From positions 33,546-97,545 of the forward strand of contig CAYMMX010000006.1 in NCBI GenBank assembly GCA_964391675.1: DNA of 64,000 nt, read 5' to 3'. Below the pieces are notes generated by a model. The model made no database searches. It was given only the letters and a program-made list of their open reading frames with translations, and had not been told where the DNA came from. Origin of the DNA: an uncultured Muribaculaceae bacterium (GTDB lineage Bacteria; Cyanobacteriota; Vampirovibrionia; Gastranaerophilales; Gastranaerophilaceae). The translations under genes and the position numbers were made by a program. Below are positions 27,730-38,203 of the stretch, piece by piece (the first letter of the stretch is position 1; every line of letters begins with the position of its first letter).

Positions 27730-27833
27730 TCACCCTTAGATTAGGTTAGTGCAAGACAAAACAATAAATGTTCTGCTTACATTTTCCCCTCCCTTTTGTC
27801 TAGTGCGTTGGAATTAAGATAGGAATATATGGT

Positions 27834-27935
27834 TTATTTTTTTCTTAGGTTTTCTGATACATTTATTAAAAAAGCATCAAATTTTAAAAGCCAACAAATA
27901 GATTTATAAGCTGTATTACTCATTTCATTTAACAT
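27834..27935 (-). CDS. candidate 33-aa small ORF (below the ORF-track cutoff)
   Basis: The minus strand has GGAGG, 8 nt, then ATG. Translation is MLNEMSNTAYKSICWLLKFDAFLINVSENLRKK. The only support is the strong SD. Confidence 0.25.
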   Translation of the reverse strand: MLNEMSNTAYKSICWLLKFDAFLINVSENLRKK

Positions 27936-28008
27936 ATTACTTGCCTCCAGTACCCAACACATGCATGATATGGGCATATGGCATGTTTTAAATCCACTAA
28001 ATATATGA

Positions 28009-29730
28009 TTATTTGAATTCAGTTAATATTTTTTCGATCACTTGATTAGGAGTTAACGTAATTGACTCTCCGGTTTTTCTGGTTTTAAATTCAATTAATC
28101 CGTCTTGAATTGTTTTGCCTACTGTAATTCTATAAGGAAAACCAATTAAGTCTGCATCTTTAAATTTAACTCCCGGACGTTCATCTCTATCATCTAAAAC
28201 CACTTCGATACCTGATACTGATAATTTTTCGTAAATTTCATTTGCTGTATTCATCTGTAGTTCATCTTTTATATTCACCGGAACAATTGAAACGTGATAT
28301 GGTGCGATGGAGATTGGCCAAATTATCCCGTTTTCATCATGATATTTCTCTACCGCAGCCTGAGCTGTTCTGGTTACACCAATTCCATAGCAACCCATAA
28401 CAAAAGGTTTTTCTTTTCCGTCAACATCAGCAAAAGTTGCTTTCATTGGTTTAGAATATTTTGTTCCCAATTTAAAAATATTACCAACTTCAATTCCTTG
28501 ACATACATTTAAAGGAGCAGAGCATTGTATACAAAATTCTCCTTTTTCAACAAGTCTTATATCAAAGAATTTATCAAAATTTTTGACTTCGGAACCGAAA
28601 TTTGCACCGACTAAGTGTTTATCTGTTTGATTGCATCCTACAACAAAATTTTTCAAATTTTTAATTGATTCATCAGCCACCATCCAAATACCATCTATAT
28701 TTACAGGGCCTATAAAGCCGGCTTCCGAATTAAATCCTTTTTCTATCATTAATTCTTTAATTTCAACAGCTGATGCAATTCTAAGTTCATTAACTTTAAG
28801 CACATTTTTCAACTTTGTTTCTTCAACGTTTTTATCTCCGCGTATTAAAACCAAAACCGGCTTTTTATCTGCAATATAAACTAAAGTTTTCAATATAACA
28901 GTTTTTTCAATTTTTAAAAATTCAGCTAAATCATCAATAGATTTAGTATCAGGTGTATCTATAATTTTAGGTTCGCTAAATCCGCCATTAAGGTTCTCTT
29001 CCGGTAATACTGAAACAGCACGCTCTGAATTAGCGGCATAACCACATTTATCACAGAAAAAAACATCATTTTCCCCTGCATCGGTATCAATTATTACCAT
29101 ATATTCATGACTAACGCTTCCGCCTATAGCCCCTGAATCTGATTGAACAACTTTTGTATCCAAACCGCAACGATCAAATATTTTTGTATAAGCAGCAGCC
29201 ATATTATCGTATTCTTTATCAAGACCTTCTTCATCGATATCAAAACTGTATGCATCTTTCATTATAAATTCACGCCCTCTTAAAAGCCCAAACCTCGGAC
29301 GAATTTCATCTCTAAATTTTAGTTGTATCTGGTATAAATTTAGTGGTAATTGTTTATATGACTTAGCAATATCACGAGCTATTGTTGTTATTATTTCTTC
29401 ATGAGTCGGACCAAGACACATACCGCGATCATGACGATCTTTCATTCTCATAAGTTCTTTACCGTAAACGTCCCATCTGCCTGATTCTTCCCAAAGCTCC
29501 TGAGGTTGAACAAAAGGCATTAAAAGTTCTTGAGCACCTGCTGCATTCATTTCTTCTCTAATGATATTTTCAATTTTTTTTAAAACCCTGCTCATTAAAG
29601 GAAGATAACTGTATATACCACTTGATAGTTTTTTGATAAAACCTGCTCTAACCAATAATTTATGAGAAATAACTTCTGCATCAGCCGGAAATTCTCTTAA
29701 AGTTTGCACAAAAAGTTTTGACATTTTCAT
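28009..29730 (-). CDS. proS: prolyl-tRNA synthetase (bacterial type with editing insertion)
   Basis: 573 aa. Class II motifs 'FRDEIRPRFGLLRGREFIMKDAYSF' and 'GCYGIGVTR', plus an INS domain in the middle. Confidence 0.95.
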   Translation of the reverse strand: MKMSKLFVQTLREFPADAEVISHKLLVRAGFIKKLSSGIYSYLPLMSRVLKKIENIIREEMNAAGAQELLMPFVQPQELWEESGRWDVYGKELMRMKDRHDRGMCLGPTHEEIITTIARDIAKSYKQLPLNLYQIQLKFRDEIRPRFGLLRGREFIMKDAYSFDIDEEGLDKEYDNMAAAYTKIFDRCGLDTKVVQSDSGAIGGSVSHEYMVIIDTDAGENDVFFCDKCGYAANSERAVSVLPEENLNGGFSEPKIIDTPDTKSIDDLAEFLKIEKTVILKTLVYIADKKPVLVLIRGDKNVEETKLKNVLKVNELRIASAVEIKELMIEKGFNSEAGFIGPVNIDGIWMVADESIKNLKNFVVGCNQTDKHLVGANFGSEVKNFDKFFDIRLVEKGEFCIQCSAPLNVCQGIEVGNIFKLGTKYSKPMKATFADVDGKEKPFVMGCYGIGVTRTAQAAVEKYHDENGIIWPISIAPYHVSIVPVNIKDELQMNTANEIYEKLSVSGIEVVLDDRDERPGVKFKDADLIGFPYRITVGKTIQDGLIEFKTRKTGESITLTPNQVIEKILTEFK

Positions 29731-29814
29731 AATAAATCTTCCCTTAATCTCGTTTGAAATTATTTTAACATAAAATCAAGTTATTAAAAAAAGACTTTTA
29801 ATATAAAAATTATC

Positions 29815-30405
29815 ATGTATGATTTATACATGGAAAACTTGAACACTAATAAAAAATTATTTGTAATATCAGGTTCATCTGGTGTTGGTAAAGGTACAGT
29901 TATAAAAGGACTTCTTAAAAAAAATCCTGATATAATATTTTCTGTTTCTTGTACAACAAGACCTATAAGAGAGGGTGAAACAGAGGGTGTAAATTACTTC
30001 TTTGTTACAAAAGAAGAATTTAAAAATAGCATTAATAATGATGAATTTTTAGAATGGGCAGAATTTTCAGGAAATTACTACGGAACTAAAAAAGATTTTG
30101 TTGAAAGTGTTTTTAAACAAAATAAAGATATAATTTTAGAAATTGACACTCAAGGTGCTTTGCAAATTAAAGAAAAAATGCCCGAATCTATATTGATTTT
30201 TATAGCTCCACCTTCATATCAAGATTTAGAATTTAGATTAAGAAACCGTCAAACGGAAAGTGAAGAAGCAATCGCAAAACGTTTAGATTTTGTAAAGCTT
30301 GAAATAAGAAATTCGGAAAATTTCGATTACAGAATAGTGAATGACAAAGTAGAACTTACAATTGAAGAGCTCGAAAGAATTATTAAAACCGAGAGGGCAT
30401 ATTAA
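29815..30405 (+). CDS. gmk: guanylate kinase
   Basis: P-loop 'GSSGVGKGT', plus 'TTRPIREGETEGVNYFF' and 'YYGT'. Confidence 0.9.
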   Translation: MYDLYMENLNTNKKLFVISGSSGVGKGTVIKGLLKKNPDIIFSVSCTTRPIREGETEGVNYFFVTKEEFKNSINNDEFLEWAEFSGNYYGTKKDFVESVFKQNKDIILEIDTQGALQIKEKMPESILIFIAPPSYQDLEFRLRNRQTESEEAIAKRLDFVKLEIRNSENFDYRIVNDKVELTIEELERIIKTERAY

Positions 30406-31583
30406 TGCTTAGCGGGAAAAAAATACTAATAGGGATAACAGGCGGAATAGCCGCTTACAAAATTTGTGAGCTTATTCGCTTATATAAAAAAAATAATGCG
30501 CAGGTAAAAGTTATAGTAACCGAAAACGCTCTTAATTTTGTAACTAAGCTTACACTGCAAACTTTAAGCCAAAATGAAGTATACTTAAACCAGTTTGATA
30601 TAGAAGAATACAAACCTGAACATATTTCACTGGCAGATGAATCTGATATTTTTATAATAGCACCTGCAAGTGCTAATACTATTTCTAAATTAGCTACAGG
30701 AATTTGTGATAATTTGCTGACCTCAGTTGCTTGTGCATTTAAAAACTCTATATTAATAGCACCTGCAATGAATTGCAATATGTGGGGGAATCCTGTCATT
30801 CAAAATAACATTGAGAAATTAAATGAATTAGGTTATTACATTTACCCCCCTGAAGAAGGTTATTTAGCTTGCGGATACGAAGGTAACGGGAGATTAGCTT
30901 CTATAGAAAAAATTTACGGAAAAACTGTTGAAATTTTAGACTCTAAAAAAAAACTTTTGAATAAAAAAATTGTAGTTACAGCAGGCGGAACAAAAGAAAA
31001 AATTGATTCTGTAAGATATATTTCAAATTTCTCTTCAGGTAAAATGGGTATAGCATTAGCTGATGAAGCTCACGGCCAAGGAGCGAATGTTACATTAATA
31101 ACTACAGTAAATACTAAAAGACCATATAATATAAAAATAGTTGAATCTGCAATTGAAATGAAAGAGATGGTGGAAAAAGAATTTAAAAATTCTGATTGTC
31201 TTATCATGGCGGCCGCTGTAGCTGATTACAGAGCTAAAGAAATCGCAGATAATAAAATTAAAAAAACATATGATGATGAAATTTCAATAAATTTAATTAA
31301 AACACCTGATATTTTAAAAGAAATTTGTAAAAATAAACAACAAAACCAACTGGTAATAGGTTTTGCAGCAGAAAGCGAAAATGTAATCGATTATGCAAAA
31401 GAAAAAATTCAAAAAAAAGGTTGTGATTATATAATCGCAAATGACATATCTCGCAATGACATAGGATTTTCAAGCGATTATAACGAAGTTTCAATTATAG
31501 ATAAAAATTTAAACATTGTAAAAACAGACCGCTGTACAAAAAAAGAAATCGCAAAAAAAATTCTTGGGGAAATATGGAAATAA
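30405..31583 (+). CDS. coaBC: bifunctional phosphopantothenoylcysteine decarboxylase / phosphopantothenate-cysteine ligase
   Basis: 'GITGGIAAYK', 'PAMNCNMW' and 'VTAGGTKEKIDSVRYISNFSSGKMG'. The start overlaps the gmk stop (TAATG). Confidence 0.92.
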   Translation: MLSGKKILIGITGGIAAYKICELIRLYKKNNAQVKVIVTENALNFVTKLTLQTLSQNEVYLNQFDIEEYKPEHISLADESDIFIIAPASANTISKLATGICDNLLTSVACAFKNSILIAPAMNCNMWGNPVIQNNIEKLNELGYYIYPPEEGYLACGYEGNGRLASIEKIYGKTVEILDSKKKLLNKKIVVTAGGTKEKIDSVRYISNFSSGKMGIALADEAHGQGANVTLITTVNTKRPYNIKIVESAIEMKEMVEKEFKNSDCLIMAAAVADYRAKEIADNKIKKTYDDEISINLIKTPDILKEICKNKQQNQLVIGFAAESENVIDYAKEKIQKKGCDYIIANDISRNDIGFSSDYNEVSIIDKNLNIVKTDRCTKKEIAKKILGEIWK

Positions 31584-32281
31584 ATAAAGTTATTGACCTG
31601 ATTGAAAAATTTGCACCGATTTATTCTCAAGAACCTTGGGATAATTCCGGATATCAAATTAGCTTTGAAAATAGAGAAATTAAAAAGATACTTTTATGCC
31701 TTACCATAACAAAACAAATTATTGATCAAGCAAAAGAAAAAAAATGTGATATGATAATTTCCCATCACCCGCTTTTTTTTATTCCATTTGAGTTTAATAA
31801 AAATATCCCGATTTATTCTGCACATACAAATTTGGATAAATCGGATAATGGGACTACAGATACTTTAATAGATGTTTTAGGATTTTCAAATAACAAGGCG
31901 CAAAAAATCGGAGATTTTTTGCGCCTTGTTACCCTCGATAGAAGTATACCAGTTAAAGACTTTGCTGATTTATTAAAATCTAAATTAGAAATTAAAAATA
32001 TTCGAATTGTAAACAATTTAAATAAACAAGAGATTAAAGAAATAGCCTTTTGTTCAGGAAGCGGGGCAGATTTTATTTCACTTGCAGAGCAATATTGCGC
32101 AGATGGATTTGTAACAGGTGATGTTAAATACCATACAGCAATGGAAAGTAATGTTATAATATTTGATATAGGGCATTTTGAAAGTGAAAAGCCGGTATTA
32201 AAAACATTAGAAAAAGTTATAAAACAGCTTGGAGTTGAAACAGTTATCGCAGATGAAAAGAGTCCTTTTATTACTTGTTAG
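31574..32281 (+). CDS. Nif3-like dinuclear metal-centre protein
   Basis: 'WDNSGYQ', 'ISHHPLFF', 'YSAHTNLD' and 'TGDVKYH'. Confidence 0.8.
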   Translation: MEINKVIDLIEKFAPIYSQEPWDNSGYQISFENREIKKILLCLTITKQIIDQAKEKKCDMIISHHPLFFIPFEFNKNIPIYSAHTNLDKSDNGTTDTLIDVLGFSNNKAQKIGDFLRLVTLDRSIPVKDFADLLKSKLEIKNIRIVNNLNKQEIKEIAFCSGSGADFISLAEQYCADGFVTGDVKYHTAMESNVIIFDIGHFESEKPVLKTLEKVIKQLGVETVIADEKSPFITC

Positions 32282-32801
32282 CTTATTTATAAGTCAAACT
32301 GTTTGGGCTTATCAAACAGTTCTGGTTGATTTTCCAAAGAATCAAGGTTGGCGCTCGGTTTATTATGATAGCCAATATTCAGAAGCGATTTTACAATATG
32401 TTCCGGCAGGGCAAACATATACAAACTGGACAAAAACTGTTATTTTTCACTCCTATAAAAACATATGGACAGATAGTGCTGCACAACTTATGAACAGATT
32501 AACCCAACAAATGGAATTACAAAATTCGAGTCAATTATATAAATATACAAAGTATTCCGATGCAGATTCTATTTCTACAAGATGTGTACAAAAAAATGCA
32601 AATATTCCCACGCAATGTGAAATTTTTAGAATATCTAAATCTTATGATGGGCTTATATCAATGCATTACATAAATAAAAACGTAATTGATTTTAGAAATT
32701 CATATGATGTATGGTATGACATTATGAAAAATATTACTATTTATTATAGCTACTATATGGACGATAGAATTATGAATAAAGCAACATCTTTTGAACTGTA
32801 A
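32253..32801 (+). CDS. hypothetical secreted protein (182 aa)
   Basis: Starting from the ATG at 32253 gives a signal peptide 'MKRVLLLLVSLFISQTVWA'; the ORF-track start at 32229 is TTG. No family recognised. It lies directly upstream of the GT-C array. Confidence 0.55.
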   Translation: MKRVLLLLVSLFISQTVWAYQTVLVDFPKNQGWRSVYYDSQYSEAILQYVPAGQTYTNWTKTVIFHSYKNIWTDSAAQLMNRLTQQMELQNSSQLYKYTKYSDADSISTRCVQKNANIPTQCEIFRISKSYDGLISMHYINKNVIDFRNSYDVWYDIMKNITIYYSYYMDDRIMNKATSFEL

Positions 32802-32850
32802 AAAGAGTTTTTATTGACAGTAATTATTTTTCTAAATAAAATTAGTTAAA

Positions 32851-34614
32851 ATGAAAAAGATTAAAAATATTATTTGTAATAAGTATTTTATCATCTGCTT
32901 AATAACTTTATTTGGTTTATTTATTCGTTTGCTTAATATTGATAAACCTACCGGACTTTGGTGGGATGAAATGAGTACATATATTTTTTCATCCAAACCA
33001 CTACCTTTTGGAATTATTAAAAGTCTATGGAATTCGGATGTACATATGCCATTGTTTTTTATTTATTTAGGGACATGGATTAAACTTTTTGGTACAAAAG
33101 ATATTATCTTAAGGCTTGCATCTGTTTTTTGGAGTATTTTATCAATCCCTGCCTTCTTTTATCTGGGCAAGACCTATAAATCAGAAAAATTAGGCTATTT
33201 ACTTGCAATAATAGCGTGCCTTAATCCTATTATTATTTATTATTCACAAGAAATAAGATTTTATTCTATGGTTATTTTTCTTGGAATTATTTCTTTAATA
33301 TTTTTTCTAAAAACAATCGAAACACCAAGTTATAAAAACTTAATTATCCTCTCTTTTATTAATTTAGTGCTGTTATATACATATTCTATGGGAATTATTT
33401 TTGTCCTAGCAGAACTGTTTATAATTATATCTGATTTTTATTCACATAATAGAACTTCATTAAAAAAAGTACTTAAAGTAAAAACCGTTTTATTTATATT
33501 ATTAATACCTTATTTTATACTACTGTTTCACTATCTTCTTAGAGAAACTTTATTTGAAATACCTGCGTGGGGGCCTTTATTTTGCAAATATCCTATTTTA
33601 GTAATAAATGACTGGTTTAGTCCTTTTTTAGCGAGTGTGCATGGAAATCAAAAAAACTTATACGAATTTTATTTAAGTAGTAATAAAGGCATATTATATT
33701 TAATAATACAACTTATCCCAACATTTTGTTTTATAACTGGATTCGCTCTAAACATAAGAGAAACAAACAAAAAATTTCTTTATGTTTTAACAATACTTTT
33801 GGCATTTATTTTAGCAGAGACGATATTATGGGCAAAAGGTCCTTTTGTTTTTATAGTCAGATATACATTAATAGTACTACCGATAATTCTGCTACTTTGC
33901 ACTAATGGACTAATGCTTATAAAAAATCTAAAAATACAATATTTAATATTCAGTTTAATAATAATAATTTATATAAATAATATCTTTCATTATAAAACAG
34001 CAAGGACATTTGAACAAAATCCTGCAGGATTAAGACCACCGTCAGAAAGGTTAATGAAACTAAATCCTGATAAAGATTACTTAATGGCATTAGACGGCTC
34101 TATTATTTTTAAAAAATATATTAAAAATTTTAACTTTCTCAATTTCGATATAAATGAAATATTATACCAATCAGACAAACAAAAAGAAGCCTATAAAGTA
34201 TTCGACAAAAACTTTATAGAAACAATAAATAAAAAGAACTATTTACAGAAATTTATTCCTTTTTTAAAAAATCCTGAACCAACTTATGAACTGAAAGTTT
34301 TTCTTAATTCTGAGGTAAATAAAATCCCAGAAGGGAAGAGATTGATTTACATCGAAGGTCCCTTTGCCGTAGAAGATTGGCCAATGAATTCAATTAATAA
34401 TTTTATATTTGCTTTAGAAAACAATCTTGTCAGTAAAAAAGATTATAAGGATTTTGTTTATTATTTTGTTCGTGCAAAAATTAGTGATAATGTAAAAATA
34501 TCATTGAAAAATAATCCTTCATTAATTAAAATAAATGAATTCAAAATGAATTCACCTTACACAAAATATTTAATGCCGGTAAAATATACCTTTTATGTAT
34601 ATAAAAAAGTTTAA
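32851..34614 (+). CDS. GT-C fold membrane glycosyltransferase (GT39/ArnT/PMT_2-like), tandem paralogue 1
   Basis: 587 aa and polytopic. First-loop 'GLWWDEMS' (DE catalytic motif), 'HMPLFFIYLG' and 'YYSQEIRFYS'. It has a ~200-aa C-terminal soluble domain ending 'FYVYKKV'. Confidence 0.8.
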   Translation: MKKIKNIICNKYFIICLITLFGLFIRLLNIDKPTGLWWDEMSTYIFSSKPLPFGIIKSLWNSDVHMPLFFIYLGTWIKLFGTKDIILRLASVFWSILSIPAFFYLGKTYKSEKLGYLLAIIACLNPIIIYYSQEIRFYSMVIFLGIISLIFFLKTIETPSYKNLIILSFINLVLLYTYSMGIIFVLAELFIIISDFYSHNRTSLKKVLKVKTVLFILLIPYFILLFHYLLRETLFEIPAWGPLFCKYPILVINDWFSPFLASVHGNQKNLYEFYLSSNKGILYLIIQLIPTFCFITGFALNIRETNKKFLYVLTILLAFILAETILWAKGPFVFIVRYTLIVLPIILLLCTNGLMLIKNLKIQYLIFSLIIIIYINNIFHYKTARTFEQNPAGLRPPSERLMKLNPDKDYLMALDGSIIFKKYIKNFNFLNFDINEILYQSDKQKEAYKVFDKNFIETINKKNYLQKFIPFLKNPEPTYELKVFLNSEVNKIPEGKRLIYIEGPFAVEDWPMNSINNFIFALENNLVSKKDYKDFVYYFVRAKISDNVKISLKNNPSLIKINEFKMNSPYTKYLMPVKYTFYVYKKV

Positions 34615-34629
34615 GGATAGAGAAATTAG

Positions 34630-36408
34630 ATGAAAACAGATAAGTTAAAAAAAATACTAACAAATCGTTATTTCATATTGTTAATAATCACAATATTTGC
34701 ATTATTTATACGACTGCTAAACATAGATAAAATATACGGCTTATGGAATGATGAAGCAATAACTTATCTTTTTGCATCTCAAAAATTTCCTTTTGGTATA
34801 ATAAAAGTATTTTTGAAAGAAGATTTTCATATGCCTTTTTATTACATATACCTCGGCGGATGGATGAGAATTTTTGGGACAGATGATATTACATTAAGAC
34901 TTACATCTGTTATTTGTGGAGTTTTAACAATTCCTGCTTTATTCTATTTAGGCAAGACTTGCTGTTCAGAAAAAACAGGTTACCTGCTTTCTTTAATAGG
35001 CTGCTTGAATCCTGCTATGATTTACTATTCACAAGAGATAAGATTTTATTCTATGGTAACTTTTTTCTCAACTGTTTCACTAATATTTTTGCTAAAAATA
35101 TTAGATACCCCGGACAAAAAAAATATTATACCGTTTTTTCTAACAAACTTACTAATTTTGTATACATATACAATGGGAATAGTTTTTGTTGCAGTTGAAA
35201 TGGCTGTGATATTTTTTCATTTTTATAAATATAAAAAAGAATTCTTAAAAACATTTTTCATACATTCACTTATTTTTCTATTTTTAAGTATTCCTTATTT
35301 TATATTATTGTCAATACACATATATGGGGCTAATCAAACAATCATCGAACCAATTGCTTGGGGCTATATACGGAAACCATTTCTTCTTTTGCTAATAAAT
35401 GATTGGTTCAGTATATTTTTTTCTTGCCACCTTCAACAAGATGTCAGTAAATATCTTGCTCTCTTCAAAAGCATAAGCGGATTTTTCTATTTTTTATTTT
35501 TTACAAGTGCTTCTCTTTGCTTTATAACAGGATTTATATTTAGCCTTAAAAATTTAAACAGAAAAATCAGTTATCTTTTAATAATAGCCGGAACTTTCAT
35601 TTTAACAGAAATATTTCTACAACTCAAAGGTAATTTAATAATTATTACAAAGTATACCCTCATTGTTCTTCCTATAATTTTACTTATTTGTGCAAACGGG
35701 ATAACACTTATAAAAAATAAGAAAATAAGTTATACATTAATCAGTATAATATTTTTAGTTTATATATTTAATTTGATTAATTATAAAAACATGAATGCCT
35801 TCATGCACAGATATAATGGATTTAAATACCCCGCGCAAAAAATAATGCAACTAAACCCAAATAATGATTACTTTATGGCACTAAACAGAGCGCAATTATA
35901 CAGAAAATACCTTAAAAATTTAATTTATATCGATTTTGATGTACCGGGGATTGTATATTTATATAAAGATAAGACCGCTAGTTTTAATTTTTTTAATAAA
36001 GATTTTATCCTCGCAACAAATAAACATAATTCCAACAATAGAATGATTCCTTATTTATTAAGCCCCTTTCCGACAATAGAATTACAAAATTATATAAATT
36101 CAAACATACAAAAGATACCGAAAGGCAAAAGATTAATATATCTTGAAGGCCCTTATTTTGGTAAAGATACAGACTTTGAACCATATATTAATGATTTTGT
36201 TAGAAGATATCTGACTGGGATAATTAAACCTCAGACTTATCAAGCGGATTTACTTCTCTTTTTAATATCAAAAATCAGTATAGATACAAAAAAAATCCTA
36301 AAAAATAACAGTTCATTAATTAAGGTAAACGAAATAAGATTTAGTTCGCCGGATTATTCTATGGACAAATATGTTCACTATAAAATTTTCGTTTACAAAA
36401 AATTGTAG
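34630..36408 (+). CDS. GT-C fold membrane glycosyltransferase, tandem paralogue 2
   Basis: 592 aa. 'GLWNDEAI', 'HMPFYYIYLG', 'YYSQEIRFYS', and C-terminal 'IFVYKKL'. There is a 15-nt gap to paralogue 1 and an SD, AAGGA. Confidence 0.8.
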   Translation: MKTDKLKKILTNRYFILLIITIFALFIRLLNIDKIYGLWNDEAITYLFASQKFPFGIIKVFLKEDFHMPFYYIYLGGWMRIFGTDDITLRLTSVICGVLTIPALFYLGKTCCSEKTGYLLSLIGCLNPAMIYYSQEIRFYSMVTFFSTVSLIFLLKILDTPDKKNIIPFFLTNLLILYTYTMGIVFVAVEMAVIFFHFYKYKKEFLKTFFIHSLIFLFLSIPYFILLSIHIYGANQTIIEPIAWGYIRKPFLLLLINDWFSIFFSCHLQQDVSKYLALFKSISGFFYFLFFTSASLCFITGFIFSLKNLNRKISYLLIIAGTFILTEIFLQLKGNLIIITKYTLIVLPIILLICANGITLIKNKKISYTLISIIFLVYIFNLINYKNMNAFMHRYNGFKYPAQKIMQLNPNNDYFMALNRAQLYRKYLKNLIYIDFDVPGIVYLYKDKTASFNFFNKDFILATNKHNSNNRMIPYLLSPFPTIELQNYINSNIQKIPKGKRLIYLEGPYFGKDTDFEPYINDFVRRYLTGIIKPQTYQADLLLFLISKISIDTKKILKNNSSLIKVNEIRFSSPDYSMDKYVHYKIFVYKKL

Positions 36409-36416
36409 GTATAAAA

Positions 36417-38189
36417 TTGAATAAAAGTAAAATTAAATCAATATTACATAATAAATATTTTATAATAACAGTATTAACTATACTTGCATTTCTTATACGG
36501 TTATTAAATATAGACAAGCCATTAGGGCTTTGGTACGATGAAATGATTTGTTATATCTTCGCTTCAAAAGAATTTCCTTTTGGTATTTTAAAAGCACTGC
36601 TAAGAGAAGATTGTCATATGCCTCTTTATTATCTATATCTAAATTTTTGGATGAATTTTTTAGGGACCGAAGATATTGCTTTAAGACTATCATCAGTAAT
36701 TTGGGGTGTTTTAACTATTCCCGCTTTATTCTTTTTAGGTAAAACTTACAGGTCTGAAAAATTAGGTTATTTATTAGCAAGTGTAGGATGTATAAGTCCT
36801 GTGCTAATTTATTTTTCTCAAGAATTAAGATTTTATTCTTTATTAATATTTTTATCGACAATATCAATTACATATTTTTTAAAATTATTACAAGACAAAA
36901 ATAATAAAAATATAATTATATTTTTTATTACAAATTTAATAATTTTATATATTTATACAATGGGTATTGCTTTTGTATCTTTAGAATTACTAATCCTATT
37001 TTATGACTCTTATATTAGCAAAAAAAATGATTTGCTTAATTTGTCAAAAGCCGTTTTAATTTTTTTAATATTATCAATACCATATTTTATGTTCCTGATC
37101 TTCCAAATATATGGTTTTAGTCAAGTATTTGCAGATCCTTTCGGGTCAGGGAAATTAAGCTGGTTTGCGCCTTTAATATTACTAAACGATTGTTTTAGTC
37201 CATTTATGACAACATTCTTTAACCACGATGTACAAATTTATAAATTATTTGCAACTACACCAATAAAAACACTTCAATTAATATTTATGTCAAGTTCGAC
37301 CGTATGCTTTATCAGTGGTTTTATAATCAGCTTAAAAAATAATAGTAGAAATTTTTATTACCTTCTTTTTATAACGACTGCTTTTATCCTAATACAATAC
37401 GTTCTTTCTGTTTTAGATTGCTACATAATATTAGTAAAATATACTTCGGTATTTTTGCCTATACTTTTTTTATTATGTTTAGACGGATTACTTTTAATCA
37501 AAAATAAATACCTGAAAATATCTTTAATAAGCATAATTTTTATAGTATTTGTTTGGAATATAATAAATTATAAAGAAACCAGAGCATTTGAATACCGATA
37601 TGGAGGATTAAAACCTGCAGCAGATATATTAATGAGCCTAAATCCCGATGGAGACTATGTTCTTGAGCTTGAAAGAACGGAGTTATTAAAAAAATATGTT
37701 AAAAACTATAATTTTATTGACTTTGACTCACATAGAGTAATATATCTTGATAGACAAAAAAAAGAAGCTTTAAAAATATTTGATGAAAATTTTGTAAAAG
37801 AAACAAATAAGCATAACTCACCTGAAAAATTGGTCAGCTACTTTATAAATCCGGAACCCACGGATAAATTTAAAAATTATATTAATTCACAACTAAATAC
37901 AATTCCAAAAAATAAACGATTTATATTTATTGAAGGTCCATTTTATGGCGGGGAATCAGACATAACTATAATTAATCAATATGTAACCAATTACCATTTA
38001 GGCTTTGTAAAAAGAAAAGAATATAAAAAAGAATTATTCTTTTTAATAAACGAAAAGATATCTGCTGATATTAAAAATATTCTTAAAAATAATCCGACAT
38101 TAATAAAGATTGATGAAATTAAAATGAGACAATCATATTATGCAGCACGAAATATAAGATATAATTTTTACATATATAAAAAGATATAG
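36417..38189 (+). CDS. GT-C fold membrane glycosyltransferase, tandem paralogue 3 (TTG start)
   Basis: 590 aa. 'GLWYDEMI', 'HMPLYYLYLN', 'YFSQELRFYS', and C-terminal 'FYIYKKI'. There is an 8-nt gap to paralogue 2. Confidence 0.78.
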   Translation: MNKSKIKSILHNKYFIITVLTILAFLIRLLNIDKPLGLWYDEMICYIFASKEFPFGILKALLREDCHMPLYYLYLNFWMNFLGTEDIALRLSSVIWGVLTIPALFFLGKTYRSEKLGYLLASVGCISPVLIYFSQELRFYSLLIFLSTISITYFLKLLQDKNNKNIIIFFITNLIILYIYTMGIAFVSLELLILFYDSYISKKNDLLNLSKAVLIFLILSIPYFMFLIFQIYGFSQVFADPFGSGKLSWFAPLILLNDCFSPFMTTFFNHDVQIYKLFATTPIKTLQLIFMSSSTVCFISGFIISLKNNSRNFYYLLFITTAFILIQYVLSVLDCYIILVKYTSVFLPILFLLCLDGLLLIKNKYLKISLISIIFIVFVWNIINYKETRAFEYRYGGLKPAADILMSLNPDGDYVLELERTELLKKYVKNYNFIDFDSHRVIYLDRQKKEALKIFDENFVKETNKHNSPEKLVSYFINPEPTDKFKNYINSQLNTIPKNKRFIFIEGPFYGGESDITIINQYVTNYHLGFVKRKEYKKELFFLINEKISADIKNILKNNPTLIKIDEIKMRQSYYAARNIRYNFYIYKKI

Positions 38190-38203
38190 GAATCAAATAA
38201 CGA

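Noticed and set aside
27777-27800. Very strong SD-like AAAAGGGAGGGGAAA followed by ATG on the minus strand
   Set aside because: The ATG is immediately followed by TAA (ATG-TAA), so there is no ORF. The G-rich block is more likely structural and is treated in the finding on 27700-28008.
29731-29814. T-box leader upstream of proS
   Set aside because: Only 84 nt separate proS from the divergent gmk, which is too short for a T-box. No T-box motif was seen.
34647-34654. A8 homopolymer near the 5' end of GT-C paralogue 2 as a possible slipped-strand phase-variation switch (similar A8 runs are in paralogue 3)
   Set aside because: A7-A8 runs are frequent throughout this AT-rich window, in housekeeping genes too. 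There is nothing to suggest length variation from a single sequence.
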